Assembly (NCBI GenBank): GCA_965237415.1
Contig: CBDEFM010000002.1
Coordinates: 1,344,001-1,408,000, forward strand
Source of the DNA: Alphaproteobacteria bacterium
Lineage (GTDB): Bacteria > Pseudomonadota > Alphaproteobacteria > UBA828
Direction: 5' to 3'
Length of the DNA: 64,000 nucleotides
The translations under genes were made by a program, and so were the position numbers. Of this stretch, positions 41,363-51,676 are shown piece after piece (the first letter of the stretch is position 1; every line of letters starts with the position of its first letter). Below the pieces are notes generated by a model that was not told where the DNA came from, searched no databases, and worked only from the letters and a program-made list of their open reading frames with translations.

Positions 41363-41695
41363 CTACGCGCCAGCCAGCTCGTTGACCTTGGCCGCCATGA
41401 TAAAATCGTTCTCGTGCAGGCCCTTGATCTTGTGGGTGTAGAAGAGGACCGTGCAGTGGCCCCAGCCGAAAGTGATGTCGGGGTGATGGCCCTCCTCCTC
41501 CGCGAGGTCGCCGACCTTGTTCACCAGCGCCATGGACTCCGCGAAGTCGCCGAGAGAGAAGGTACGGCGGATCTTGGTGGCGTCGTCGATCAGCTCCCAT
41601 CCGGGTGTCTGATCCAGAAACGCCCGTGCTTCGGCCTCTTCGAGCGGCGGAATGCCGCCCCGGCAGGGCACGCAGGTCTTGCTCGTCAGGCTCAT
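41363..41695 (-). CDS. phhB: Pterin-4-alpha-carbinolamine dehydratase
   Basis: CVPCRGG, AEEEGHHPDI, THKIKGLHENDFIMAAK. Confidence 0.92.
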   Translation of the reverse strand: MSLTSKTCVPCRGGIPPLEEAEARAFLDQTPGWELIDDATKIRRTFSLGDFAESMALVNKVGDLAEEEGHHPDITFGWGHCTVLFYTHKIKGLHENDFIMAAKVNELAGA

Positions 41696-41821
41696 ATCGT
41701 CCTCCGGCGGCGCGGGTCCCTCGCCGGGCCCCTCGGCCTTTGCTGTTGCGGTGGCGGGAGAGGGCTGGAAAGATATTCCCCATACTACGCCAACAGCCCG
41801 GCTGACGAAGGAACTTCGTGA

Positions 41822-43048
41822 ATGGCGCCGATGGACGCGGCGGTCGACGTCCGGCCTGAGCCGTATTTCCCCACCGCCGCTGAGGGGACGACGCCCCGGC
41901 GCGTCACGATCCTGGGCTCCACCGGCTCGATCGGCTGCAACACCATCGACCTGATCGCCCGCCACCCGGGCGCGTTCGAGGTCGAGGCGCTGACCGCCCA
42001 GCGCAGCGTCGAGCGGCTGGCCGAACAGGCCCGTGCGGTCGGCGCCAGGCAGGCCGTCATCGGCGATCCCGCGCTCTACGGCGCCCTCAAGGAGGCGCTC
42101 GCCGGGACCGAGACGGCGGCAGCCGCCGGCGCGCAAGCCCTGGTCGAAGCCGCCGCCGCGCCCGCCGATTTCGTGATGGCCGGCATCGTCGGCGCTGCCG
42201 GGCTCCGGCCTACGCTCGCAGCAGCCGCGCAGGGCACCATCATCGGTCTCGCCAACAAGGAGTGTCTGGTCTGCGCCGGCACGCTCATGCTGGCCGAGGT
42301 CGAGCGCGGCGGGGCGACGCTGCTTCCGGTCGATTCGGAGCACAACGCCATCTTCCAGGTGTTCGACTTCGAGCGCAGCGAGGGCGTCGAGAAGATCGTG
42401 CTCACCGCCTCGGGCGGGCCGTTCCGCGAGGCGTCGATGGAAACCATGGCCCAGGCCACGCCGGAACAGGCCGTCGCCCACCCCAACTGGGACATGGGCG
42501 CCAAGATTTCGGTGGATTCGGCAACCATGATGAACAAGGGCCTCGAGACGATCGAGGCCTTTTACCTGTTCCCGGTGGACGCGGAGCAGATCGAGGTGCT
42601 GGTGCACCCGCAATCGGTGATCCACAGCATGGTCGCCTATGCGGACGGCTCGGTGCTCGCGCAGCTCGGCACGCCCGACATGCGCACGCCGATCGCCTAT
42701 ACCCTCGCCTGGCCGGCCCGCATGGCGGCGCCCTCGCCCCGGCTCGATCTTGCGGCCCTCGGCCGCCTCACCTTCGAGCCGCCGGACCCGGTGCGCTTCC
42801 CCGCCCTTCGCCTCGCGCGCGAGGCGCTCACCCAGGGCGGCAGCGCGCCGATCGTGTTGAACGCCGCCAACGAGATCGCAGTCAGCAGCTTCCTCGAGCG
42901 CCGCATCGGCTTCCTGGAGATCGCGCGAACGGTCGAGCGCTGTCTGGAGCAGACCAACCACTGCGCCGTCACCGGGCTCGACGACGTGTACGAGATCGAC
43001 GGTGCCGCCAGGGAGCGTGCCGCGCGCTTGCTCGATGGCGCCGGCTGA
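41822..43048 (+). CDS. dxr: 1-deoxy-D-xylulose-5-phosphate reductoisomerase
   Basis: LGSTGSIG, LANKE, LPVDSEH, TASGGPF, HPNWDMGAKISVDSATMMNKG. Confidence 0.97.
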   Translation: MAPMDAAVDVRPEPYFPTAAEGTTPRRVTILGSTGSIGCNTIDLIARHPGAFEVEALTAQRSVERLAEQARAVGARQAVIGDPALYGALKEALAGTETAAAAGAQALVEAAAAPADFVMAGIVGAAGLRPTLAAAAQGTIIGLANKECLVCAGTLMLAEVERGGATLLPVDSEHNAIFQVFDFERSEGVEKIVLTASGGPFREASMETMAQATPEQAVAHPNWDMGAKISVDSATMMNKGLETIEAFYLFPVDAEQIEVLVHPQSVIHSMVAYADGSVLAQLGTPDMRTPIAYTLAWPARMAAPSPRLDLAALGRLTFEPPDPVRFPALRLAREALTQGGSAPIVLNAANEIAVSSFLERRIGFLEIARTVERCLEQTNHCAVTGLDDVYEIDGAARERAARLLDGAG

Positions 43049-43066
43049 CGGCGCGGGGCCAAGCGG

Positions 43067-43951
43067 ATGACGACGACTGCATCTGCGGCTGTGGGGGCAC
43101 CGGGCGGCCCTGCACCGGCGGCGCGCGAGGAGAACATCGGCGCGCTGATCCGCGCGAACAGCGAGAACTTTCCCGTCGGTTCCTTCCTGATCCCGCCCGA
43201 TTGCCGGCCCCACGTGCACGCGTTCTACCTGTTCGCGCGAAAGGCCGACGACATCGCCGATTCGCCGACCATCCCGGCGGCCGAGAAAGTGGCCCGGCTT
43301 CAGGCCGCGAGCGACGCCCTCGGCAAGGACGAAGCGGCGCTGCCCGATTGGGCGGTGCCCTACCACCGGAGCCTGATCGAGACCGGCTGCGCGGCAGAGA
43401 ACGGGCGCGACCTGCTCTCCGCCTTCATCCAGGACGCGACCAAGCTGCGCTACGCCGACTGGGACGATCTGATGGACTACTGCCAGCGCTCGGCGGCCTC
43501 GGTGGGCCGGGTGATGATGGACATCCACGGGGAGAGCCGGCACGCCGACATCGAGGGCTCGGACGCTCTCTGCAATGCCCTGCAGGTGCTCAACCACCTG
43601 CAGGACTGCCGCGAGGATTACCTTGCGCTGGATCGCGTCTACCTGCCGGAACCGTGGCTCAAGGAGGCCGGCGGCGGCGTCGAGATGCTCGCCGAACGGC
43701 AGGCAGCACCGGCTGTGCGCCGCACCATCGACCGGTGCCTGGAGCACACGGCGGACCTGCTCAGGCGCGCCGAGGCGATGCCGCGCACGGTCCGCCGGCG
43801 GCGCTTTCGCTGGGAGTGCGCGGTGATCGTCAAGCTGGCCTGGGCGCTCCATCGCAGGCTCGCCAATGGCGACCCCCTCGCCGGCCGGATCAGGGTGCCG
43901 ACGCCGAGCCGCGTGGGCCTCGCGCTGAGCGGCATCGTTCAGGCATGGTGA
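43067..43951 (+). CDS. hpnC: Hydroxysqualene synthase HpnC-like
   Basis: ENFPVGS, FARKADDIAD, YCQRSAASVGR, LQVLNHLQD..ED...DRVYLP. Confidence 0.85.
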   Translation: MTTTASAAVGAPGGPAPAAREENIGALIRANSENFPVGSFLIPPDCRPHVHAFYLFARKADDIADSPTIPAAEKVARLQAASDALGKDEAALPDWAVPYHRSLIETGCAAENGRDLLSAFIQDATKLRYADWDDLMDYCQRSAASVGRVMMDIHGESRHADIEGSDALCNALQVLNHLQDCREDYLALDRVYLPEPWLKEAGGGVEMLAERQAAPAVRRTIDRCLEHTADLLRRAEAMPRTVRRRRFRWECAVIVKLAWALHRRLANGDPLAGRIRVPTPSRVGLALSGIVQAW

Positions 43952-43962
43952 GCACGGCGGTG

Positions 43963-44230
43963 AGCCCGCATTTCTCACCATGGTCGTGGCCTGCGTCGCG
44001 CCCAGGCGTTCGATCCGCCAGGAGTGGGCCGAAAAGCGTATCGGGGAATACGGTTGAGGCCCGCGACGCCGCGGGCGGGCGCCTGGGCGCGACCCGAAGG
44101 GCGGCGCCTTCAGGGCGACAGGGTGCGTCAAGACGCTTGCCCGATGTCCCCGCATCGCGCTGCGCGCCTTTCCTGCCCTGTCGCCCTGAAGGCGCCGCGC
44201 AGACCATGACCCTGGTGAGAAATGCGGGCT
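43963..44230. mobile_element. ~268-bp MITE-like repeat, copy 2, inside the original 5' end of hpnD
   Basis: TIRs AGCCCGCATTTCTCACCA...TGGTGAGAAATGCGGGCT; inverted relative of 34007-34272. Confidence 0.85.
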
Positions 44231-45091
44231 AGCCTGCCGATCCCGGAGGCCCCCGATCCGAAGCGCTATGTCGCCGAGGTGACGCGAGCGTCGAGGAGCT
44301 CGTTCTTCCTGCCGATGCTGCTGCTGCCGCGCGAGAAGCGCGAGGCGATGCTGGCGCTCTACGCCTTTTGCCGGGAGACCGACGACGTCGCCGACGAGAT
44401 CGAGGACCCGGCGCAGTCGCGCGCCTTGATCGAGGCCTGGCGCGGCGAGGTCCGGGCGCTCTACCAGGGTGCACCCCGCCACCCGGTGACCCGAGCCCTC
44501 GCCGCCCCGGTCGAACGCTTCGGGCTCGCCGAGCGGCACTTCATGGAGATACTTGAGGGCTTCGAGATGGATGGCGGCGGTGCCATGTTGCGGCCGACCC
44601 TCGCCGAGCTCGAGCGCTACTGCCACTGCGTCGCCGGTTGCGTCGGCCTGCTCTCGGTCGAGATCTTCGGGTACCGCGCGCGAACCATCCCCACCTTCGC
44701 GCGCCACCTCGGCCAGGCGTTTCAACTCACCAACATCCTCCGCGACGTGGCGGAGGACGCCAAGCGCGGCCGCATCTACCTGCCGCAGGAGCTGCTGGAG
44801 CGCCACGGCCTCGCGGACATCGGACCGGAGGCAATCGGGCGCACGCCCGGGGTCGAGAAGGTCTGCGGCGCCCTCGGCGGGATGGCGCGGCGGCGCTTCG
44901 GCGCCGCGAGCGAGGCGCTGCCACGCTCGGAGCGGCGTTCCATGCGGCCCGCCATCCTCATGCGCAGCGTCTACGAAGCCTATCTCGACCGCATCGAGCG
45001 GGCGGGCTTTCCGGTCGCAGGCCGGCGCATCAGGTTCACCGCGACGCAGAAGTTGCGCCTGGTCATGGGCGGGCTGCTGCGGACGATCTGA
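44222..45091 (+). CDS. hpnD: Presqualene diphosphate synthase HpnD-like
   Basis: SSFF, YAFCRETDDVAD, YCHCVAGCVG, QLTNILRDVAEDAKRGRIYLP. Confidence 0.85.
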   Translation: MRASLPIPEAPDPKRYVAEVTRASRSSFFLPMLLLPREKREAMLALYAFCRETDDVADEIEDPAQSRALIEAWRGEVRALYQGAPRHPVTRALAAPVERFGLAERHFMEILEGFEMDGGGAMLRPTLAELERYCHCVAGCVGLLSVEIFGYRARTIPTFARHLGQAFQLTNILRDVAEDAKRGRIYLPQELLERHGLADIGPEAIGRTPGVEKVCGALGGMARRRFGAASEALPRSERRSMRPAILMRSVYEAYLDRIERAGFPVAGRRIRFTATQKLRLVMGGLLRTI

Positions 45092-45268
45092 GCGAAGCGG
45101 CTTCCCCGGCCTCGCCTCGGCCGGCGCAGGGTGCTTGCGGGCGGCAAGGGCACGACCATATAACCAGCCCCGCCGCGCGGAACTTTATGGAGCCGTAGAT
45201 GGCGCGCTTACTGAGTGCGGGCCGCGCCGCACCCTTCACGACTATCTGAGCAGGGACGACCCCTATCG

Positions 45269-46084
45269 ATGACCTTCGCCCTCGCCTTCCCCGCCATCGA
45301 CCCGGTGGCCGTCGAGATCGGCCCCGTCGCCATACGCTGGTACGCGCTCGCCTATGTGGTCGGCCTGCTGCTCGGCTGGCAGTACGTTCGGTATCTCGCC
45401 GAGAAACGCATCGACGGACTGACCAAGCGCCACGCGGACGACCTGGTGGTGTGGTGCACCCTCGGCATCGTCGTGGGCGGCAGGCTCGGCTACGTGCTGT
45501 TCTATCAACCTGGCTATTACTTCGCCAATCCGGGAGAAATTTTGGTGGTCTGGCAGGGGGGCATGTCCTTTCACGGCGGGCTCCTTGGGGTGCTGGTTGT
45601 CGTGGTCCTCTACGCCCGCGTTATGAAAATCAGCCTGCTCTCCGTCGCCGATGCGATCGGCGCGCAGGTGCCGATCGGCCTCTTTCTGGGCCGTATCGCA
45701 AATTTCATCAACGGCGAGCTGTACGGCCGGGCCAGCGATGTTGCCTGGGCGATGGTGTTCCCGCACGGCGGGCCTGAGCCGCGCCACCCGAGCCAGCTCT
45801 ACGAGGCGGTCCTGGAAGGCCTCGTCCTGTTCGCAATCCTGGCGGTCGCTGTGCATGTGCGGCGGCTGGTCCGGCGGCCGGGCACCGTCGCCGGGCTCTT
45901 CTTCGTCGGTTACGGCGTCGCCCGGATCATCGGCGAGGTATTCCGCGAGCCCGATGCGTTCCTCGGCTTCATCGTGCCCGGCCTCACCATGGGGCAGGTG
46001 CTCTCGCTCCCGATGATCGTGATCGGGCTCTTCCTCATCCTTCGCATCCCGCCGGTGCCGCGGGCGGGCGGACAAACCGGGTGA
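45269..46084 (+). CDS. lgt: Prolipoprotein diacylglyceryl transferase
   Basis: IRWYALAY, GGRLGY, GGMSFHGG, GRIANFINGELYGR, HPSQLYE. Confidence 0.97.
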   Translation: MTFALAFPAIDPVAVEIGPVAIRWYALAYVVGLLLGWQYVRYLAEKRIDGLTKRHADDLVVWCTLGIVVGGRLGYVLFYQPGYYFANPGEILVVWQGGMSFHGGLLGVLVVVVLYARVMKISLLSVADAIGAQVPIGLFLGRIANFINGELYGRASDVAWAMVFPHGGPEPRHPSQLYEAVLEGLVLFAILAVAVHVRRLVRRPGTVAGLFFVGYGVARIIGEVFREPDAFLGFIVPGLTMGQVLSLPMIVIGLFLILRIPPVPRAGGQTG

Positions 46085-47178
46085 TGACGGCTCTGGCGGC
46101 GGAGATCCGGGAGCGGATTCGGCGGGAGGGACCGCTCAGCGTCGCCACCTACATGGAGCTCTGCCTGTCTCACCCGACGCTCGGCTATTACCGCCGCGGC
46201 CTGCCCATCGGCGCCGCAGGCGACTTCATCACCGCGCCCGAGGTGAGCCAGATGTTCGGCGAGTTGATCGGGCTCTGGTGCGCGGCGGTATGGCAGACCA
46301 TGGGCCGGCCCCGGCGTGTGGGCGTGGTCGAGCTCGGTCCGGGCCGCGGCACGCTGCTCGCCGATGCGCTGCGTGCCGCAGGGACGGTGCCGCACTTTCG
46401 CGATGCCATCGAGGTGCACCTGGTCGAGTCGAGCGAAACCCTGCGCGCCGAGCAGGCCGCCCGGCTCGGCGACGCACAGCCGACCTGGCACGAGCGTTTC
46501 GAGACCGTACCGCCCGGCCCGGCGCTCGTCATTGCGAACGAATTCTTCGATGCCTTGCCGATCCGTCAGTTCGAGCGGATCGGCGAAACCTGGCGGGAGC
46601 GGGTCGTGATGCTCGCGCCGTCATCCGAGGCGCTCCGCTTCGCCGCCGCCGGCGCACCGTGTCCTGAGGCTTCGGACCTCGTGGTCGCGCAGGCCGGCGC
46701 AATCATCGAGCGGGCACCGGCAAGGGAAGCGCTGGCTGCGACCCTCGCCGCGCGGATCGCGACCGACGGCGGCGCGGCGCTCGTCTTCGACTATGGGCAC
46801 GAACGGCCGGGTACCGGCGATACGCTTCAGGCGATGAGAAGCCACCGCCGGCACGGCGTGCTGGACGCGCCCGGCACCGCCGACCTCACAGCCCACGTGG
46901 ATTTCTCCGCGTTGGCGGCGGCGGCGCGGCAGGCGGGAGCCAACGCGTTCGGTCCGGTGCCCCAGGGTCGCTTCTTGCGGGCCCTCGGTATCGAAGCACG
47001 GGCGGCCCGGCTGCGGCAGGATGCAAGTGCCGAGCAAGCGGTGGCCGTCGACAGCGCGCTTCGTCGCCTCATCGGCACGCACGGGATGGGCGCGCTGTTC
47101 AAGGTGCTGGCGATCGCCCACCCGGCGCTGGGCGCACCGCCCGGTTTCGAGCACCTGGGGCGAGCAGAGGCGCCATGA
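46084..47178 (+). CDS. SAM-dependent methyltransferase, MidA/NDUFAF7 family
   Basis: GDFITAPEVSQMFGE, VELGPGRG, ANEFFDALP, DLTAHVDF; follows lgt. Confidence 0.92.
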   Translation: MTALAAEIRERIRREGPLSVATYMELCLSHPTLGYYRRGLPIGAAGDFITAPEVSQMFGELIGLWCAAVWQTMGRPRRVGVVELGPGRGTLLADALRAAGTVPHFRDAIEVHLVESSETLRAEQAARLGDAQPTWHERFETVPPGPALVIANEFFDALPIRQFERIGETWRERVVMLAPSSEALRFAAAGAPCPEASDLVVAQAGAIIERAPAREALAATLAARIATDGGAALVFDYGHERPGTGDTLQAMRSHRRHGVLDAPGTADLTAHVDFSALAAAARQAGANAFGPVPQGRFLRALGIEARAARLRQDASAEQAVAVDSALRRLIGTHGMGALFKVLAIAHPALGAPPGFEHLGRAEAP

Positions 47179-47954
47179 GCGAGCCGATCCGCCACGCTCT
47201 CCTGGACGATCCGAACGGCCGGGTCCGTCACGGCTTCTTCGGCCGCGCCGGCGGTGTCAGCGACGGGCTCTACCGCTCGCTCAATTGCGGCTACGGCTCG
47301 AGCGACGATCCCGAGGCCATCGCCGAGAACCGCGCGCGGGCGATGAGCGCCTGCGGGCTCGCGCCGGCGGCACTCTGCACCGCCTATCAGGTCCACAGCG
47401 CCGAGGCGCTCGTCGTGACCGCGCCCTGGCCGCGGGATGAGGCGCCTCGGGTCGACACCATGGCGACGGCGACGCCTGGCCTGGCGCTTGCGATCCTTAC
47501 GGCCGATTGCGTGCCGGTGTTGCTGGCGGATCGCGAGGCCGGCGTGATCGGCGCGGCCCATGCCGGCTGGCGCGGCGCGCTGAACGGGGTCGTGGAGGCT
47601 GCGGTCGAGGCCATGCTTGGCCTGGGCGCGCGGGCGAAAGACATCCGGGCGGTGATCGGCCCCGCTATCGGCCGCGCGTCCTACGAGGTCGGACCCGAGT
47701 TTCCGGCGCCGTTTCTGGCCCGCAATCCCCAGGACAAAGACCTCTTTGCACAGGCGGAACGGGAGGAGCACTTCCTCTTCGACATCACGGTCTATGTCGC
47801 GCGCCGCCTGAGCCGCCTCGGCCTTGCGGCGGTGGCTGCGACCGGCGGCGACACCTGCGCCGAGGCCGACCGATACTTCAGCTATCGCCGGAGCGTTCAC
47901 CGCAGCGAGCCCGACTACGGACGAAACATCTCCATCGTGGGGCTCGGCGAGTAA
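47175..47954 (+). CDS. pgeF: Peptidoglycan editing factor / purine nucleoside phosphorylase PgeF
   Basis: HGFFGRAGGVS, QVHS, TADCVPVL, AHAGWRG, FSYRR. Confidence 0.93.
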   Translation: MSEPIRHALLDDPNGRVRHGFFGRAGGVSDGLYRSLNCGYGSSDDPEAIAENRARAMSACGLAPAALCTAYQVHSAEALVVTAPWPRDEAPRVDTMATATPGLALAILTADCVPVLLADREAGVIGAAHAGWRGALNGVVEAAVEAMLGLGARAKDIRAVIGPAIGRASYEVGPEFPAPFLARNPQDKDLFAQAEREEHFLFDITVYVARRLSRLGLAAVAATGGDTCAEADRYFSYRRSVHRSEPDYGRNISIVGLGE

Positions 47955-47955
47955 G

Positions 47956-48036
47956 ATGCCCTACGTGATTATCTTTGGCGTGCTCCTGTTCGTCGGGCTG
48001 GTGGCGAGCTGCGTCTTGACGGCGTCGACTCCATGA
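47956..48036 (+). CDS. Putative 26-aa small membrane protein
   Basis: [26 protein letters not shown]; starts 1 nt after pgeF stop, and its stop overlaps the next ATG. Confidence 0.45.
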   Translation: MPYVIIFGVLLFVGLVASCVLTASTP

Positions 48037-49250
48037 TTGAGCGGGCCGGCACGGCCGCCGCCCGCCGCCGGTGGGCGTTGGCGTGCGCGCTCGTCTTCGT
48101 CTTGTGCGGGGCGCTCGCGGCCTGCGGCGATCTGCCCAGGCCTTTCCAACCGGCCGAGAAGAGTACAAAGGCGTGGTCGGCGCCTGGAGACATCGCCTGG
48201 GGAAGCATCCTGGTGCCGCCCATCGCCGGTCTGCCCCCGCTCCAATCGGCGGCGCTGGCGGACGAGGTCGTGGAGGCGCTGCAGGTGCGCGACGTGCCGG
48301 CGAGCACCCGCGCCGGCGGCCGCGGCAGCATCGTTCTGGCGGGGCGCGTCTCAGTCGTCTCAGGCAAGTTGAGGTGGACGCTGGTCACGCCCGACGGCGA
48401 GACCGCGCTCCGTTTCGAGGAATCGCTGCTCGATGCGGCACGGCTCGACGAAACGGCACCGCATCTGGCCGCCATCGCCGCGCGGGCTGCGCGGCGAATC
48501 GCTGCGGCTCTGGAACCGCCGGCGGCCGATGATGGCGTCGCTCGATCTGCGGGTCCCGTGGTGCTCGAAGGCGTTCACGGCGCGCCGGGCGACGGCGGGA
48601 TCGCCCTTGCCCGCGCCATGCGGCATTCCCTCGCCCGCATCGGCATCGCCGTCGCCGATGACAAGGACGGGGAGGCCCGTCTGATCTCGGGCCGGGTCTC
48701 GGTGGTCCGGGACGACACCGCATCGGACGATGCCACCGTGACGATTGCCTGGGATGTGCTGCGGCCCGACGGCAAGAGGCTCGGCACCGTCACCCAGAGC
48801 AACCGCGTCTCGGTAGAGCGGTTGACCGGCCCCTGGGGTGCGTTGGCAGGGATCGTGGCGCGCGCAGGCGCGCCAGGCATCGCGCAACTGCTCGGGCAGA
48901 CCGAGGCATCACGGGTCGCCGAGGCGCCTCGACGCTGGACGCCTGCGGAGCTGCCGATCCGGACGCCGGCCGAAACGTCGCCCTCGCCGACCCAATCTCC
49001 GACCGAGGCTCGGCCCGTGCCGGCGGTCGCAACGCCCATCGAGGCGCCAATCGCGCTCGCGGTCGAAGCGCATTCCGCGCGATCCACGCCGATTACCGAA
49101 GCGCGGGCTGCGCCGCCCGAACCGCCCGCCGCGGCGCCGCCCACGCCGCTTTTCAGGCCGCTGTTCAGGCCGCTACCCACGCCGCCGTCCAAGCCGCGGC
49201 CCGAGGCGCCGATCGCGGTCTCGATCGTGGTCTCCGTAGCGGCTCAGTAA
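48033..49250 (+). CDS. Hypothetical lipoprotein with Pro-rich C-terminal tail
   Basis: Lipobox [11 protein letters not shown]; two similar domains; low-complexity Pro/Ala/Thr tail. Confidence 0.7.
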   Translation: MIERAGTAAARRRWALACALVFVLCGALAACGDLPRPFQPAEKSTKAWSAPGDIAWGSILVPPIAGLPPLQSAALADEVVEALQVRDVPASTRAGGRGSIVLAGRVSVVSGKLRWTLVTPDGETALRFEESLLDAARLDETAPHLAAIAARAARRIAAALEPPAADDGVARSAGPVVLEGVHGAPGDGGIALARAMRHSLARIGIAVADDKDGEARLISGRVSVVRDDTASDDATVTIAWDVLRPDGKRLGTVTQSNRVSVERLTGPWGALAGIVARAGAPGIAQLLGQTEASRVAEAPRRWTPAELPIRTPAETSPSPTQSPTEARPVPAVATPIEAPIALAVEAHSARSTPITEARAAPPEPPAAAPPTPLFRPLFRPLPTPPSKPRPEAPIAVSIVVSVAAQ

Positions 49251-49357
49251 CGTCGTTTACAGGGCAGGGTCAGATTGATACAGTTCGCGCGCCTTCGGGG
49301 CCTGTGGCACGGCCCGGCAGGTTTCATCCCGTCCTACACTCCAGGGAACCGTCATCG

Positions 49358-50290
49358 ATGAAGCTCGTTGCCGGGAACAGCAACCGGCCGCTGGCGGAGG
49401 CGATCGCGGCGGCGCTCGGCACCGAGCTGACGCGCATCTCGATCCGCCGCTTCGCCGATTCCGAGATCTTTATCGAGATCCTCGACAATGTGCGCGGCGA
49501 GGATGTCTTCCTGATCCAATCGACATCGACGCCGACCAACGACAACCTGATGGAGTTGCTGGTCTGCCTCGATGCCCTGAAGCGCGCCTCGGCCCGGCGG
49601 GTGACGGCGGTCATGCCCTATTACGGCTACGCGCGACAGGACCGGAAGTCGGCGCCGCGAACGCCGATTTCCGCCAAGCTCGTCGCCAACCTGATCGAGG
49701 CGGGCGGCGCCAACCGGGTTCTCACCCTCGACCTGCATGCGGGTCAGATCCAGGGCTTCTTCGACATTCCGGTGGACAATCTCTACGCGGCGCCGGTCAT
49801 GGTCGAACACATCAAGCAGAACTACAACAACGAGACGCTGATGTTCGTCTCGCCCGATGTGGGCGGCGTGCTGCGCGCGCGGGCCATGGCCAAACGCTTC
49901 AACGCCGACCTCTCGATCGTCGACAAGAGGCGTGAGCAGGCGGGCCAGTCGGAAGTCATGAACATCATCGGCGATGTCGAGGGCCGCCACTGCATCATCG
50001 TGGACGATATCGTCGATTCGGCAGGCACGCTCTGCAACGCGGCCGCCGCTCTCAAGGAAGCGGGCGCGAAGGCCGTCCACGCCTACGTCTCGCACGCGGT
50101 GCTTTCGGGCGACGCGACGGCGCGGGTCTCGTCATCGGCGCTCGAATCGCTGGTGGTGACCGACAGCATTCAGATCACCGAAGCCGTAGAGAGCGCGGCG
50201 AATATCCGCGTGCTCTCCATCGCGCAGTTGATGGCGGAATCGATCCTCCGCATCAGCTCAGAGACCTCCGTCTCGAGCCTCTTCGACTGA
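49358..50290 (+). CDS. prs: Ribose-phosphate pyrophosphokinase
   Basis: [34 protein letters not shown]. Confidence 0.97.
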   Translation: MKLVAGNSNRPLAEAIAAALGTELTRISIRRFADSEIFIEILDNVRGEDVFLIQSTSTPTNDNLMELLVCLDALKRASARRVTAVMPYYGYARQDRKSAPRTPISAKLVANLIEAGGANRVLTLDLHAGQIQGFFDIPVDNLYAAPVMVEHIKQNYNNETLMFVSPDVGGVLRARAMAKRFNADLSIVDKRREQAGQSEVMNIIGDVEGRHCIIVDDIVDSAGTLCNAAAALKEAGAKAVHAYVSHAVLSGDATARVSSSALESLVVTDSIQITEAVESAANIRVLSIAQLMAESILRISSETSVSSLFD

Positions 50291-50321
50291 CACGCGGCAA
50301 GCATCCTGGGGAAATACGATC

Positions 50322-51005
50322 ATGAGTGACGAAGCAACAATCGAGGCACTGCCGCGCGAGCCGCGCGGCAAGGGGGGCGCGCGGGCGCTCAGGCGCGAAG
50401 GCCGCACGCCCGCCATCGTCTACGGCGGCGGCGGCGAGCCGCTCTCCGTTTCGCTCGACTACAACGTGCTGGAACGCGAGCTCGGACAGCGTGGCTTCTT
50501 CGCCCGCCTCTACGACCTCAAGGTCAATGGCGACGTCATTCGGGTTCTGCCCCGCGACGTTCAGCTCGATCCGGTCACCGATGCGCCGATCCACATCGAC
50601 TTCGTCCGCTACGTCGCAGGCGCGACGCTCGCGGTTTCGGTCGAGGTCCGCTTCGAGGGTCAGGAGGAAAGCGAGGGCCTGAAGCGCGGCGGCGTGCTCA
50701 ATATCGTCCGCCACGAGGTCGAGCTCCTGTGCCCGCTGGAGGCGATCCCAGAATTTCTTGTGGCAGACGTGGCCGGACGCGAGATCGGCGACAGCATCCA
50801 CATCAGCGACATCGCCCTGCCGGAGGGCGTCACGCCCACCATCACCGACCGGGATTTCACCGTCGCCACCATCGCCGCGCCCACGGTCATCGTCGAACCG
50901 GAGGACGAGGAGGAAGGCGAAGAGGGCGACGAATTGGAAGCTGGCGAGGAGGCAGCGGAGGGGGACGACGAAGCCGCTCCGTCGGGCGACGGCGAGGACT
51001 CCTAA
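50322..51005 (+). CDS. rplY: 50S ribosomal protein L25/Ctc
   Basis: GKGGARALRREG.TPAIVYG, Q.DPV...PIHIDF, acidic tail. Confidence 0.96.
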   Translation: MSDEATIEALPREPRGKGGARALRREGRTPAIVYGGGGEPLSVSLDYNVLERELGQRGFFARLYDLKVNGDVIRVLPRDVQLDPVTDAPIHIDFVRYVAGATLAVSVEVRFEGQEESEGLKRGGVLNIVRHEVELLCPLEAIPEFLVADVAGREIGDSIHISDIALPEGVTPTITDRDFTVATIAAPTVIVEPEDEEEGEEGDELEAGEEAAEGDDEAAPSGDGEDS

Positions 51006-51006
51006 C

Positions 51007-51675
51007 ACGGCCTTTTTCCGCCGCTCCCGCGAAGGCCCGGCGGGCGCCCCTGCCCGCCTGCTGGTCGGCCTCGGCAACCCCGGCGCCGATGCAGCCCGGC
51101 ATCGGCACAATGTCGGGTTCATGGCCCTCGATGCGTTGGCATCGGCGCATGGCTTCGGTGCGTTCAAGCGGCGCACGCGCTTCCACGGCGAGATCGCCGA
51201 GGGCCGCGTGGGCGACGAGGCGGTGCTCGCGCTCAAGCCGCAAACTTACATGAACGAATCGGGCCGCGCCGTCGGCGCCGCCATGCGCTTCCACCGCCTT
51301 GCGCCGGAATCCGTTATCGTCCTGCATGACGAAGTCGATCTCGCCGCCGGCAAGGTGCGCGCAAAATGCGGCGGCGGGGTCGCCGGCCACAACGGGCTGA
51401 GGAGCATCCGCGCCCATATCGGCGTCGATTTCTGGCGGGTGCGGATCGGAATCGGGCATCCCGGCGATCGCGACCGGATGACCGGCCACGTGCTCTCCAG
51501 CTTCGGTACGTCGGACCGGGCCTGGCTGACCTCGACCCTCGACGCCATCGTCGACGCCTTCCCGCTGATCATGGCCGGCGACGCCAGCGCCTTCATGAGC
51601 CGGGTTGCGCTCCTCGCCCCGCCGCCCGGAACGGAGCGGGCGCAGGCAGGCGGCGGGCAACCGCAAGAGCGGTAG
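51007..51675 (+). CDS. pth: Peptidyl-tRNA hydrolase (start uncertain, probably ACG at 51007)
   Basis: LLVGLGNPG, RHNVGF, KPQTYMNESG, HDE, GHNGLRS, RIGIG. Confidence 0.92.
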   Translation, partial: TAFFRRSREGPAGAPARLLVGLGNPGADAARHRHNVGFMALDALASAHGFGAFKRRTRFHGEIAEGRVGDEAVLALKPQTYMNESGRAVGAAMRFHRLAPESVIVLHDEVDLAAGKVRAKCGGGVAGHNGLRSIRAHIGVDFWRVRIGIGHPGDRDRMTGHVLSSFGTSDRAWLTSTLDAIVDAFPLIMAGDASAFMSRVALLAPPPGTERAQAGGGQPQER

Positions 51676-51676
51676 G

